From an uncultured virus (IMG/VR IMGVR_UViG_3300021167_000376) (taxonomy: Duplodnaviria > Heunggongvirae > Uroviricota > Caudoviricetes): 64,000 nucleotides of DNA. This document shows positions 28,452 to 37,739 of the stretch, in pieces; the first letter of the stretch is position 1, and each line of letters starts with the position of its first letter. The position numbers and the translations under genes are program-made. A model generated the notes under the pieces. It saw only the letters and a list, made by a program, of their open reading frames with translations, searched no databases and had not been told where the DNA came from. The stretch lies in the IMG/VR virus record IMGVR_UViG_3300021167_000376. One strand, given 5' to 3'.

Positions 28452-30389
28452 TTACAGCCTCCCAATGATTCGAACATACACGTTGATGGGGGACGCGGCA
28501 CTTGCGCGCACGCCACAAGAAGTCAGCCCTGGTGTTCCATCCACAGATACGCCGAAGTAGGTTCCCCCATATACTACGGATGGAAATACACCGTAGATTT
28601 CCGACAGCTTTTGCGGATACGTCACTACGCCAACGCCTGCGTCAGACAGTTTGATTTGCACCCACTGCTCGATATAACCATTGGGGCCTGGTTGAAAACC
28701 TGCCGCCGAATATTGCCCTTTGAAAAGAGACGAATATCCCAACTGCGCCGACCCCGATGCCCACCAGCTTGTGTCGCCATTACCGATCAATTTAAGGTTT
28801 GTGCCTGGTGCCAGCACCATGCTGGTGGATTGTGCTGATCCTGCATTGATGGCGTCTGCGCCAGCACACACGACGGTAATACTACCGCTGCCGATATTCC
28901 GAAAATGAACCGCAGAACCGCTGCGGCCTAAACTTGCGAGCGGTAGTGTTATGGTGAATGTGCCAATACAGGTCACAACTGAACCGAAGGCGGCGACCAA
29001 GAGCGACGCCGCAGCGGTAAGGCTGGTGAAGTTTCTGTAGTTGCCCATCCCGCGTTGGACAAACTCAGTTGTAGCGAGTGACTTGCCATTGTCGAACTGG
29101 GGCTGGGTGGTAAAAAAAGGTCCCGCAAGTACGGCCGCATACTTCAAGGCAATGGTGCCACCGACTAGACGCCATTGCGTGCCAAGCCGGATAAACTCTG
29201 CTGTATCACCCTGCCCCAGGACGACGGAGCCGGTTTGCCCGTTCAGTGCGTAGATCGCATCTGTACCGGCAGCACCTACGGTCAACGCGCCAGTGCCGCT
29301 ATTTACCAGAGTAACCGTTGCGGCTTGGTTTACCACTGAAGTCGCAGGTAACAGAACAGTCAGCGGTTGATCGCTGGCATAGCTGTGGACTCCCCCGGCA
29401 GCGGCTGCCGTCAACGAAGCGCCCGCCGTATTCGTGTTGATCGACGAATACTCAAGCCCCATGCGCTTTACGAACTCGCTTGTGACAAGCGTTTTGGTGT
29501 TGTCGAATTGAGCAGGTGTAGGTGCCTTAGGCGCGCCGGTAAAGGTCGGCGACGCCAGGCGAGCAAATCCATCGGTAATGTCCCTGAAGGTTAAGGCTGT
29601 CGTACCCAATACGATGGGACCATCGGTTATCAGTAGCCATATGGTGTCAGCAAGCGCAGCACCGCTCTCCACTTCTACCGTTAGGCCTGGGGTAACTTTG
29701 GCACTGGTGTCCGCGTCGGTTGCACGAACCCATGCCCCGGCAGCGGCCACCCATATGCCGTTATCCCTGGCAGCGACCTGATTTTTTACCAATACCCTTG
29801 CGCCTGCGGGCACATTGACGCCGTCAACCACCTGCGCGCCAGCCAAGGAAATAGCAGCTGTGGTTGCTACCAGTACCGAGTTTTTGAAGTCCCGCCCACC
29901 GAGTTCTTCAAGGATTTTTTTATCGACATACTCACGCGTTGCCAACACAACAGATGGGTCGATCTTGAGAACGATGTTGCCGACGCTGGAGACGATAAAG
30001 TTCATTCGCACGACTTGGGTGCGACCAGAGCCTTGCGACAAAACCGGCTTGAAACTCGGCGCGCAGTTGGCAACTGCAATTAGATCGCCGTCTGCATCGT
30101 ATAGGCCGATCTCTCGAATCCACCAGCCACCTTCATCGGCGGGAATGATCTGCTCGGCGATGATGACCGCCGAGTTCGCCGGGTCAACCTTGAGTTGATT
30201 GAGCGGACGACGGCGCCGTTCATTGATCAGTTTGGTTTGCAGCCGGTCTGGGATCGGTTCGGTACCGCCCGCATCACCAACGCCCATCTCCGTAATCTTC
30301 CAAGGTATGCCAAGCGCATCGGCATTAGCCTGCTTGGCCTCGCCGACCGCCGTGAGAATGGCAAAAAACTGCGAGTTCTGGTCAATCAT
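28452..30389 (-). CDS. H: Tail fibre protein
   Basis: P2 gpH-like N-terminus (GGWWIREIGL, IDPSVVLATREYVD) with an internally duplicated module. Confidence 0.9.
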   Translation of the reverse strand: MIDQNSQFFAILTAVGEAKQANADALGIPWKITEMGVGDAGGTEPIPDRLQTKLINERRRRPLNQLKVDPANSAVIIAEQIIPADEGGWWIREIGLYDADGDLIAVANCAPSFKPVLSQGSGRTQVVRMNFIVSSVGNIVLKIDPSVVLATREYVDKKILEELGGRDFKNSVLVATTAAISLAGAQVVDGVNVPAGARVLVKNQVAARDNGIWVAAAGAWVRATDADTSAKVTPGLTVEVESGAALADTIWLLITDGPIVLGTTALTFRDITDGFARLASPTFTGAPKAPTPAQFDNTKTLVTSEFVKRMGLEYSSINTNTAGASLTAAAAGGVHSYASDQPLTVLLPATSVVNQAATVTLVNSGTGALTVGAAGTDAIYALNGQTGSVVLGQGDTAEFIRLGTQWRLVGGTIALKYAAVLAGPFFTTQPQFDNGKSLATTEFVQRGMGNYRNFTSLTAAASLLVAAFGSVVTCIGTFTITLPLASLGRSGSAVHFRNIGSGSITVVCAGADAINAGSAQSTSMVLAPGTNLKLIGNGDTSWWASGSAQLGYSSLFKGQYSAAGFQPGPNGYIEQWVQIKLSDAGVGVVTYPQKLSEIYGVFPSVVYGGTYFGVSVDGTPGLTSCGVRASAASPINVYVRIIGRL

Positions 30390-31000
30390 GAGTAAACATC
30401 CAAAGTGTCTATGGTGTGTTCGTGACCGGCTACCCCCAGGTAGCCGGTGACAACGATGTCACGCATGACGGGTGGGTAAATGTCGATTTCATCGCCTTCG
30501 TAAATGACAACGCCAATGCCCAGGTCGCCTTTCGATTCCAGGTTTATCGCCAGGTTGCTCATGTGTCGGCTGACAGGTTTGGCGTCATCAATCAGCCAGA
30601 TCAGCTCCTGATACATTTCCTCGGTGATACCGGTATCGAGCACGCCGATTTTCAGGGCGAAGGTTCCGGGCACGCCGAGTGGCGTGGTCTGCCACCACTC
30701 CAACACTTCAATCAGATAACCCAGGGGCTCGACGACGCGTCTCAACGAACCGATCGTTCCTTTGCGCGAGTGAATGACATAGGACGCGCGGATAGCGGAT
30801 CGCTTTGCGGATTCACTCCAACTGCTATTCCAGCGGTCGACCGAGAAGGCCCAGGCCAGGTAGGGCAGCAGCGCCACGGGGCAGGCGTCTGGGTTCCAGA
30901 GGTCGCGCAGCGGCACGGGCACGCGCTCGATCTGCGCCAAGGCTTGGGCGGCGAGGCGCTCCAGCTCGGTGGCGTTGCCAGGCAGCAGGCGCGCGGCCAT
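30386..31000 (-). CDS. I: Baseplate/tail protein gpI
   Basis: LWNPDACPVALLPYLAWAFSVDRW...HSRKGT. Confidence 0.92.
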   Translation of the reverse strand: MAARLLPGNATELERLAAQALAQIERVPVPLRDLWNPDACPVALLPYLAWAFSVDRWNSSWSESAKRSAIRASYVIHSRKGTIGSLRRVVEPLGYLIEVLEWWQTTPLGVPGTFALKIGVLDTGITEEMYQELIWLIDDAKPVSRHMSNLAINLESKGDLGIGVVIYEGDEIDIYPPVMRDIVVTGYLGVAGHEHTIDTLDVYS

Positions 31001-31911
31001 TACTCGGCCACCGTGACGCTGTAGGCGGTGCAGTAAGGCGCCTGGGTGAGGCTAGCGACGACGTCAGACCAGCCGGGCAGCTCGACGCGCTTGACGCCCT
31101 CGATGTGTAGGGCGGCATCCAGGGCGGAGCGGTTGACCTCCTGGCCGAGGCGACGGCGAGCGTTGACCAGGGCAGCAAGGCGGATCTCGGCGGCGGCGCG
31201 AGCAGGCTCGGATTCGGGGCCGGAGCTGGTCATGTAAAGCACGGCCTCCACGGTGTAGGGCAGTATCTCGGCGCTCTGTACGGTGAGGCGGTCGGCTACT
31301 GGACGGCGGTCCTCGTCGCTGAGGTAGGCGTCGACCACGGTGAGCAGATCGGCCGCTGCGATGCCGTTGCCCAAGGCGCTCTGTACAGTGACGACGACCT
31401 CGGCCGGGGCCGGGCTGATCGCTGAAGCGTCGGCGACGCGACCGTCTGCACTTCGGGCATGGAAGATGTATGCGTTGCGTGGGCCGGCGGTGCTGAGACC
31501 TTCCATGGCCATCTGGATGCGCTCGCGCAGGCTTTCATAGTCCTCCAACACGGCAGCCACCGGGGGTACGGCGGCCGTGTTGGCCGGGGTGATGGTCAGC
31601 CGCTCGACGTTGAAGCGGGCGCCGATCTGCTCCAAGTCTGCGCCCTTGGCGAAGGGTAGCAGCACGGCGAGGGCGGCCTCGTTGACGCGCTGGCGGAGCA
31701 GAGTTTCGCGGTAGGCGCTCTCCTGGAGCAGCTTGGTGAGCGGCTCGGACTCCAGGGCGAGGGTGTCGGCCACCTCGGCCTGCTGGTCGGCCGGCCAAAG
31801 GCTGACGGCGTAGGCCTTACGCTCGGCGAGGATCGCTTCGTAGTCGATTTGCTCGACCACGACGGGCGCTGGCAGTCGGCTGAGGTCGATAGGGGTAAAG
31901 GTGGAGGTCAT
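31000..31911 (-). CDS. J: Baseplate protein gpJ
   Basis: IDLSRLPAP...LSTAGP..AYIFHA...RPVADR. Confidence 0.92.
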   Translation of the reverse strand: MTSTFTPIDLSRLPAPVVVEQIDYEAILAERKAYAVSLWPADQQAEVADTLALESEPLTKLLQESAYRETLLRQRVNEAALAVLLPFAKGADLEQIGARFNVERLTITPANTAAVPPVAAVLEDYESLRERIQMAMEGLSTAGPRNAYIFHARSADGRVADASAISPAPAEVVVTVQSALGNGIAAADLLTVVDAYLSDEDRRPVADRLTVQSAEILPYTVEAVLYMTSSGPESEPARAAAEIRLAALVNARRRLGQEVNRSALDAALHIEGVKRVELPGWSDVVASLTQAPYCTAYSVTVAE

Positions 31912-32261
31912 GTGGAGGCTCCCAGGCTCAGCGGCACGCGCAAGCTGAGCGCTTCGTTGGTGTCGGTGACGGTGCCCTCAATGTCCAGCACGGCGCCACC
32001 CGGGACGTCGGTGGGGGTTAGTTGTACGCGGCTGAGGCGGATGCGCGGCTCCCAGCGCGTGAGGGCCATGGTGATGGCGGCATAGGCCTGCAGGCGAGTG
32101 GCGCTGTTGAGCGGCCAGTCCATGAGGTCAGCCATCGGGCTGCCGTACTCTCGGCGCATGATGCGGCTGCCGAGCGGTGTGGTGACGATGTCGGCTATGG
32201 ATTGAGCCAGGTGCTGACGGTCGCGAAGTGTGCGCCCGGTCTTGGCGCTCATGCCGATCAT
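31908..32261 (-). CDS. W: Baseplate protein gpW
   Basis: HLAQSIADIVTTPLGSRIMRREYGS...WEPRI. Confidence 0.92.
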   Translation of the reverse strand: MIGMSAKTGRTLRDRQHLAQSIADIVTTPLGSRIMRREYGSPMADLMDWPLNSATRLQAYAAITMALTRWEPRIRLSRVQLTPTDVPGGAVLDIEGTVTDTNEALSLRVPLSLGAST

Positions 32262-32833
32262 GGGATTGGCCCATCCGAAACGGCGGTGCCTCTGGTGACG
32301 CCCTTGGTACGGTGGCTGCGCAGACTGATGTCGGCGGCGATGACGTCCTCGCTGACGTTGACCGTGCCGGTGACGTGCTGGTCTCCGGTCTGTGTGTAGT
32401 CACCGTTGTGGGTGATAGGGCCGTCGATATGGATGCCGCCGGTGCTGACCAGGTGAGTGACGCCGCCGTCGGGCAGGATGGCGCGGAGCACATGCGCAAC
32501 GAAGTCGTACTCGACAACAGCGCCGTCTGGATAGGTACGGCGGTGCAGGCCCTCACGGTCGCCGTTGGCCGGGTTGGCGTCACTGAACAGGCCGACCAGG
32601 GCGACGCCCTGGGCGAGCACGCCGGATGGGCTTAGCAGGACGGCTTGCTCGCCGATGGTGGGCGGGTCCCATTCCTTGGAGGTGCCTGCGCGCAGTGCCA
32701 GCCAGGGCAGCCAGGTGGTGGTGATGTCGCCGGATTTCACGCGGACGCGGACCTTGGCGACGTCGACATCGGCGATGGTGCCGAGGCGGACGAGGTTTTC
32801 GATGAGGCGGGCAAGTTCGGCGAGTTGGTTCAT
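32258..32833 (-). CDS. V: Baseplate spike gpV
   Basis: ENLVRLGTI...WLPW...RAG...WDPPTIGEQ. Confidence 0.92.
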   Translation of the reverse strand: MNQLAELARLIENLVRLGTIADVDVAKVRVRVKSGDITTTWLPWLALRAGTSKEWDPPTIGEQAVLLSPSGVLAQGVALVGLFSDANPANGDREGLHRRTYPDGAVVEYDFVAHVLRAILPDGGVTHLVSTGGIHIDGPITHNGDYTQTGDQHVTGTVNVSEDVIAADISLRSHRTKGVTRGTAVSDGPIP

Positions 32834-32880
32834 GCCTCTGATGCTGCAGCGCGCGCGCGCGGGGCGCACTTGGCGCGGGT

Positions 32881-32899
32881 TGTAGCGGGGCGCGCTACA
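32881..32899. promoter_or_regulatory. Putative Ogr-binding late promoter site (V operon)
   Basis: TGTAGCGGGGCGCGCTACA, identical to 39791-39809. Confidence 0.7.
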
Positions 32900-32907
32900 G
32901 CGCTAGG

Positions 32908-33360
32908 TCAGACGGTGAGGTGGGCCAGGAGGCGGTCGCGGATCATTTCGAGGTCGTCGTCGGTGAAACCGAGCAGCTCGCGGCGGTCGTACTGCACGTC
33001 GGCCTGGCCGCGCCCGGGGCGGTCTCGCAGTCCGTACTGGTGGACGCGGGCGATGCGTGAGACGCGGCCGGCGAAGGCGATGGCGATGGTATTGGGGGTG
33101 CTCTGAAGGCGCAGGTACTTGGCCTGGCGCAAACGGGTGAACATCTGGCGCTTGATGCGGCCGACCTTGTCGCGCAGCTTGCGGGGCTTGCGGACTGCAT
33201 AGGGTGTGCCGTCCGGGTTGCGTTGGGATGCGACCCGCTTTTGCTGGTTGCGGCGCAGCTCGCGGCCGATGTTGTTGCCAAGTTTGCGGCGCTCGCCTGG
33301 GGAGAGCTTGGCGAGCAGCAGGCCGGCCCACTCTTCCAGGGCGTGGAGGTTGTCGGTCAC
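32908..33360 (-). CDS. S: Virion morphogenesis/tail completion protein gpS
   Basis: QRNPDGTPY...IARVHQYG...RRELLG. Confidence 0.9.
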   Translation of the reverse strand: MTDNLHALEEWAGLLLAKLSPGERRKLGNNIGRELRRNQQKRVASQRNPDGTPYAVRKPRKLRDKVGRIKRQMFTRLRQAKYLRLQSTPNTIAIAFAGRVSRIARVHQYGLRDRPGRGQADVQYDRRELLGFTDDDLEMIRDRLLAHLTV

Positions 33361-33767
33361 AGCTCGAAGTCCGGCTCTTCGGGGTGGCTTATCTCGAGGC
33401 TACCATCGCCCAGGCGTTTGACGATGACGCGCTCGGTGAGTGGCAGCGTGAGGGACATATCGACCTTGCCGCCGTCCAGGATGTCGGCCTCGAAGGCGAT
33501 GGCATCCTTGCCGCGCTCCAGGTTGGTGAGCAGCTCCGGCTGCTGACGGCGCAGCCACTCCAGCACCGGGATGAAAACGCTGTCCGGGTGGCCGGCGAAG
33601 TCGGTGAGCAGGACCTGCATAGAGTAGCTGTACTCGAATGACAGGCCCTTAGCCGCCGTGCAGCGGACGCTGCCGGTGTCGATGAAGATGAGCAGCCGGT
33701 CGGGGTTCTTCTTGAGGCCTGCGACGGCGGTGAGCAGATGCTCGCGGAGGCTGTTGGGTTTGTTCAT
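33357..33767 (-). CDS. R: Tail completion protein gpR
   Basis: MNKPNSLR...NPDRLLIFID.G...LTERVIV. Confidence 0.9.
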   Translation of the reverse strand: MNKPNSLREHLLTAVAGLKKNPDRLLIFIDTGSVRCTAAKGLSFEYSYSMQVLLTDFAGHPDSVFIPVLEWLRRQQPELLTNLERGKDAIAFEADILDGGKVDMSLTLPLTERVIVKRLGDGSLEISHPEEPDFEL

Positions 33768-34027
33768 GGATTGGCTGCCTTCTGCTGGCACTCGTAGACC
33801 ATGTCGACCTTGGCTGCGCAGGCTGCCCAGTCGGCCTCGGTGATGTCCTGGTCGTCGAGGAGCTCGCCGTTGGTGGTAGGATCAGTCGCGCTCAGGGTGC
33901 AGCGCGTTACGGCCGGACAGCCAGTCACGATATGCGTCTGCTCCGGTGATGGCGGGGCGCTGCCGCAGGCGGCGAGCAGCAGCAGGCAACTGAGCAGCAG
34001 CCCACTCGCGTAGTTCGGCGTTTTCAC
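33764..34027 (-). CDS. lysC: Outer-membrane spanin (LysC/Rz1-like lipoprotein)
   Basis: Lipobox LAAC; CPAVTRC...CAAKVD; overlaps lysB. Confidence 0.8.
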   Translation of the reverse strand: MKTPNYASGLLLSCLLLLAACGSAPPSPEQTHIVTGCPAVTRCTLSATDPTTNGELLDDQDITEADWAACAAKVDMVYECQQKAANP

Positions 34028-34313
34028 GTTTCAACTCCTTGATCTGTTGCTTGCGGACGTCCAGCTCGCGACGCAGGTCCTGGCCAATCTGTTGCAGCGT
34101 GGTCTGGGCCTGGCGTTCATCTGCCAGGTTGGTGCGCAGGGTGGTGATGGTGGTGGCGTCGCGCTCGACACGGGCATTGACGGTGTCCAGCTTCTCTTGG
34201 ACCAGGTCGGTGCGCCCCTGCTCTGCCTCGCTGCGCTGGTAGGTGCCCCACAGCAGCAGGGCCAGGGCGCCGAGCAGGGCTGCGCTATACAGGCCCTGGC
34301 GCAGGGTGATCAT
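33882..34313 (-). CDS. lysB: Inner-membrane spanin (LysB/Rz-like)
   Basis: N-terminal TM plus coiled coil; ENAELREWA..LP. Confidence 0.8.
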   Translation of the reverse strand: MITLRQGLYSAALLGALALLLWGTYQRSEAEQGRTDLVQEKLDTVNARVERDATTITTLRTNLADERQAQTTLQQIGQDLRRELDVRKQQIKELKRENAELREWAAAQLPAAARRLRQRPAITGADAYRDWLSGRNALHPERD

Positions 34314-34516
34314 TTGCGGTACCAGCCCGCGGCGTTCATGGCGGCCTCATCTAGCGCATGGACGTCGCCCAGCACTATCAGGCAGCGAATGTTGAGGGCG
34401 TTCGGTCCGAGGGCCTCCACAAGCTCGCTGGCCTGCTCGTGTGTGGTGTCAGCAGGCAAGCAAACGACGTCCCCGTCGCGCAGTTCCAGGCGGCGGGCCT
34501 GCTCTATCAGGTTCAT
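34310..34516 (-). CDS. Hypothetical lysis-region protein
   Basis: ATGA-coupled ORF ending AAGWYRK. Confidence 0.7.
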   Translation of the reverse strand: MNLIEQARRLELRDGDVVCLPADTTHEQASELVEALGPNALNIRCLIVLGDVHALDEAAMNAAGWYRK

Positions 34517-35355
34517 GCCGCCTCCTTGCCGCAGCCGCAGCCAGCGTGCAGCTCGTAGGCGCGTTCGAGTTTCACGTCATAGAGATTCCGGGCGTAGGCC
34601 GGGCCGTTGTAGGCCTTGGCGAAGGCTGCCCACTTCTTGCCCTTGAGGGCCTTGAGCAGGGCCGGGTCGGCCTCGATGAAACGGACGAACGCCTCGAACT
34701 GCTGGTTTTCATCCTGGCTCATGAGACGGACGAACTCGTCGACGCTGGCGTAGCCCAGGCGCTCGGCATGGTAGCCCATGATCTGGAAAGCGCCCCAACT
34801 GGCCGACTCATTGGCACAGAGCGCGTCGATCATGCGGGCCTGGGCCAGGCGTTGGTGCTCCCCGGGGCCGCCGATGTAGCCGCCGGGCTTGGTGTTCACC
34901 AGGGCGGGATACAGGGCGGCGAGCTCGTCGGCGTGGCGGCGCAGAGCGGCCTGGTCGTCACCTTCGGCGCGCGGTAAGGCCAGGCGTCGGTGCATAACGT
35001 GGCGCTCGAAGAGGATCTTCGGCTTGCCGGTGTCCAGGAAGCCGGAGCCAGTACTCTCCACCTCGTTGACTGCGTAGATGGCTGCCAGCTCGACGCCCAG
35101 GCGCTTAGCCGCTGCTGCGAGTGTGGCATTGCGCAGTAGCTTGCTGCAGTCGGTGCCGCTTAGGGCGGCGAGGGTCTTCTCGCCGGCTTTGCCATCGACC
35201 ACCAGGCCAATCTTGGCTTGATACGCGCGGACGGCCTTTTCGGTTTCGTCGCCGTAGTCGCCGTCGGTGACCAGCTTGGAGCCGTGCGCGTTGAGTTGTT
35301 GCTGCAGGCGGCGGACTGCGATCCCTTTGTCGCCGTGTTTGAGGGCTTCGGTCAT
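34513..35355 (-). CDS. Endolysin (PG-binding + DUF3380-type N-acetylmuramidase)
   Basis: DGDYG..TEKAVRAYQ; VES.GSGF...ILFERH; SWGAFQIMGY; FAKAYNGP. Confidence 0.9.
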   Translation of the reverse strand: MTEALKHGDKGIAVRRLQQQLNAHGSKLVTDGDYGDETEKAVRAYQAKIGLVVDGKAGEKTLAALSGTDCSKLLRNATLAAAAKRLGVELAAIYAVNEVESTGSGFLDTGKPKILFERHVMHRRLALPRAEGDDQAALRRHADELAALYPALVNTKPGGYIGGPGEHQRLAQARMIDALCANESASWGAFQIMGYHAERLGYASVDEFVRLMSQDENQQFEAFVRFIEADPALLKALKGKKWAAFAKAYNGPAYARNLYDVKLERAYELHAGCGCGKEAA

Positions 35356-35675
35356 AGCTGGTCTGCCTTGCGGGTAGCGATGCGTTTGAGGCTGGAGCGG
35401 ACGTAGTCGGCGCCGAGCAGGCCGACTACACCACCGAAAAAGGGGGCGAACTGCTCAGGGATGCCGAACAGCGCCAGGCCGTTGGTCACTGCCAGGGTGA
35501 TGAGGCCGCAGATGAAGCCTTCGCCAAGGGCACGACGTAGGCTGCCGCCGGAATAGATGAAGCGGGCCGAGGCGAGCAACGCCGAGAGCACGGCGGCGTA
35601 TATGAGTGGGTGGTGCTGCTCCATCCAGGCGAGCAGCATGGCCCAGGTTTCGGGGCGATCAGGCATCTGTGACAT
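35352..35675 (-). CDS. Holin (lambda S-like)
   Basis: MPDRPETW...; about 3 TM segments, basic C-terminus; upstream of the endolysin. Confidence 0.8.
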   Translation of the reverse strand: MSQMPDRPETWAMLLAWMEQHHPLIYAAVLSALLASARFIYSGGSLRRALGEGFICGLITLAVTNGLALFGIPEQFAPFFGGVVGLLGADYVRSSLKRIATRKADQL

Positions 35676-35775
35676 TCCTTGCGTCCTGTGGAAGAGAGCG
35701 GGCGAGCTGCACGAATGGCAGGCGGCTAAAGAGATTGCCTTCGCCTTTGTAGGCGGTGAGGTAGATCAGTCCCAT
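35659..35775 (-). pseudogene. Possible truncated gene remnant between gpX and holin
   Basis: 38-aa MGLIYLTAYKGEGNLFSRL... overlapping the gpX end. Confidence 0.3.
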
Positions 35776-35975
35776 AGGTTCACCACTTGGCGCTGTTCGG
35801 GTTGAGGGGCGGCGTCCGGCAGGGTGACGGTGGTGCCATGGGGGATGATTGGGCCCAGGTCGGCGAGGCCTGGATTGGCGTCGAGGACGGCCTCGGTGAC
35901 GCCCGCAGTGCGGCCGTAGTAGTGCCAGCAGAGGCTGTCGACGGTGTCGCCCTGGGCGGCGATTACGGTGGCCAT
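35766..35975 (-). CDS. X: Tail protein gpX
   Basis: AAQGDTVDSLCWHYYG...VLDANPGL...VNLWD. Confidence 0.92.
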   Translation of the reverse strand: MATVIAAQGDTVDSLCWHYYGRTAGVTEAVLDANPGLADLGPIIPHGTTVTLPDAAPQPEQRQVVNLWD

Positions 35976-36172
35976 CAGCTGCGCCTCTGTTGTTCGACTT
36001 GGTCGGGATAAACCCAGGGGCCGTCCTCTGAGACGAGCGCGCCTGGTGATCGGCCGGAGTCGACATCACGGCAAACGGCGTAGCCAAGCGGGTGCATGAT
36101 TTCGCGGTTGATCCGCTCCAGCAGACCGAGGCGGGAAATTTCGTTCCAGTCGATGACCTTGGGCTTGTTCAT
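35975..36172 (-). CDS. Small hypothetical protein between L and X
   Basis: MNKPKVIDWNEISRLGLLERINREIMHPLG..., coupled on both sides. Confidence 0.6.
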   Translation of the reverse strand: MNKPKVIDWNEISRLGLLERINREIMHPLGYAVCRDVDSGRSPGALVSEDGPWVYPDQVEQQRRS

Positions 36173-36636
36173 CAGAGCAGCTCCACAGTGGCGTGGCTGA
36201 TTCCCAGGATGGTGCGCAGGGCCTTGCGGGCGTCGCGGCGCAGTTGGTCGGGGCTGCTCTCTTCCTCGGTGACCTTCTGCTCGCCGCTGTTGGTTGCGTC
36301 GAAGCTGTTGTAGCGCTCGATCAGCTCGGCCAGGGCGCCGCAGTAGATGACGCGGCAGTAGAGGTGCAGCAGCTGGCTCTTGCCCTTGATCTGATCGGCC
36401 GGCACCTCGGCCAGGGTGGCGTGGCCTTCGGCCTGGCGCGCGGCTCGGTAGGTGGCGAGCTCGCGGTTGGCCTCGATCATGGCATTGACGGTCGCCACTT
36501 CGAGACGGTCGTCGGTGACGCTGGAGTCGATACGCATGGCGGCGCGCAGTTGCTGGCCATCGATCTCCGGCCAGAAGTCCGCGTTGCTGATCGGGTAGGC
36601 AGCGCTGGTGTCGCCGCCCGCGATGAATCCGCTCAT
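36172..36636 (-). CDS. L: Head completion protein gpL
   Basis: ISNADFWPEI...RIDSSVT..RL...TVELL. Confidence 0.9.
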   Translation of the reverse strand: MSGFIAGGDTSAAYPISNADFWPEIDGQQLRAAMRIDSSVTDDRLEVATVNAMIEANRELATYRAARQAEGHATLAEVPADQIKGKSQLLHLYCRVIYCGALAELIERYNSFDATNSGEQKVTEEESSPDQLRRDARKALRTILGISHATVELL

Positions 36637-36929
36637 GCAGGAGCTCCCAGCCGATCAACTCGGCCAATTTCGCGCAGGAGCTCACTACGGCTGAACAGGT
36701 GGGCATGCTCGCCGGCAATCCTTGTCAGCAGGGAATGAGCGTTTCGATTTACTAGGGCAAGTTCGCGCGGGGTCGCCGGTAGGACGCCGTCCTTGCCGAT
36801 GGGGCCGGTACAGACCGTGCGGTCGTAGGTTTCTGCCTCGCTCACGTAGCGTTCAGCGGCCTGACGTAGTTCCACCTCTGCAGGTGTCTGCCGGAAGGTG
36901 CCCAGGTACTGGTCTGAAAATCCGCTCAT
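36633..36929 (-). CDS. Hypothetical inserted protein
   Basis: 98-aa ORF that starts MSGF, like gpL. Confidence 0.6.
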   Translation of the reverse strand: MSGFSDQYLGTFRQTPAEVELRQAAERYVSEAETYDRTVCTGPIGKDGVLPATPRELALVNRNAHSLLTRIAGEHAHLFSRSELLREIGRVDRLGAPA

Positions 36930-37034
36930 GGTCGGGCCTTGAATAAGTCGGCGGTGGTCGGGGCTTCACAGCAAGGCCAAGGAGTAAGCCTGCTGATCTG
37001 CCCCGAGCCGCCGGGGTTGCGGGGGACCGCTCGG

Positions 37035-37736
37035 TTAGCTGGTTTGGCCAGCGTGTTTCTTGAGGAGGCGCTCAGCACGCTCCAGGTCTTTCTTGCCGCC
37101 GCAGCTGTTGTGCTGCTGGATGGCGCTTTTCAGTAGGTCAATGCCGGCCTGAATCTGACCAGGTTGGCCTGGGTTGTTATCGTCCAGGCCGACCAAGGTG
37201 GAACGGCCCAGTGCGAGGGTAAGCTTGGCGCGCGCCACGTCCGGCATGTCCTGTTCCGCGGTGAGCACGGCAGTACGGGTAAGGATGTCGTGCGGGAATA
37301 CGCTGCTGGCCTTCTGAGCCGTCAGTGCGGCTTCTGCCACTTCCTCGGCCACCAGGCAGCCGGTAGTGCGGTTAAAGCGGTTCGGCGTCTGCAGGTCGTA
37401 GCGGAGGACGTACTCGGCGATGTCCAGACCGCCGACGTAATCGCCCGCGTCGAAGCGCCAGACCATTAAGGTGACCAGTACATCATCCTGAGCGCCTTGG
37501 CCGGCGGAAAGCACGCCATCGACGTAGGGCACGTAGTCCGGGAGCAGCTCGGCTTTAAGTTTCGCCTTTTTCAGCGGCGATTGAATCTGCTTGAGGCGCA
37601 GTTGATCCTGCTGGAGCTTGGCGAGCATGAGCTCGTAGCTGGTGAGGCCATCCATAAGCGCGGCGGGCGCGGTGCGCGCCGCCTCCTGAGCGGCACGCTT
37701 GCGCAGTTGGGTGCGTTGGGCAAGGGTCAGGGCCAT
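37035..37736 (-). CDS. M: Terminase small/endonuclease subunit gpM
   Basis: LKQIQS...K..LLP.Y.PYVDGVL...QDDVL...DMPD.ARAKL...GGKKD. Confidence 0.9.
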   Translation of the reverse strand: MALTLAQRTQLRKRAAQEAARTAPAALMDGLTSYELMLAKLQQDQLRLKQIQSPLKKAKLKAELLPDYVPYVDGVLSAGQGAQDDVLVTLMVWRFDAGDYVGGLDIAEYVLRYDLQTPNRFNRTTGCLVAEEVAEAALTAQKASSVFPHDILTRTAVLTAEQDMPDVARAKLTLALGRSTLVGLDDNNPGQPGQIQAGIDLLKSAIQQHNSCGGKKDLERAERLLKKHAGQTS

Positions 37737-37739
37737 GGC

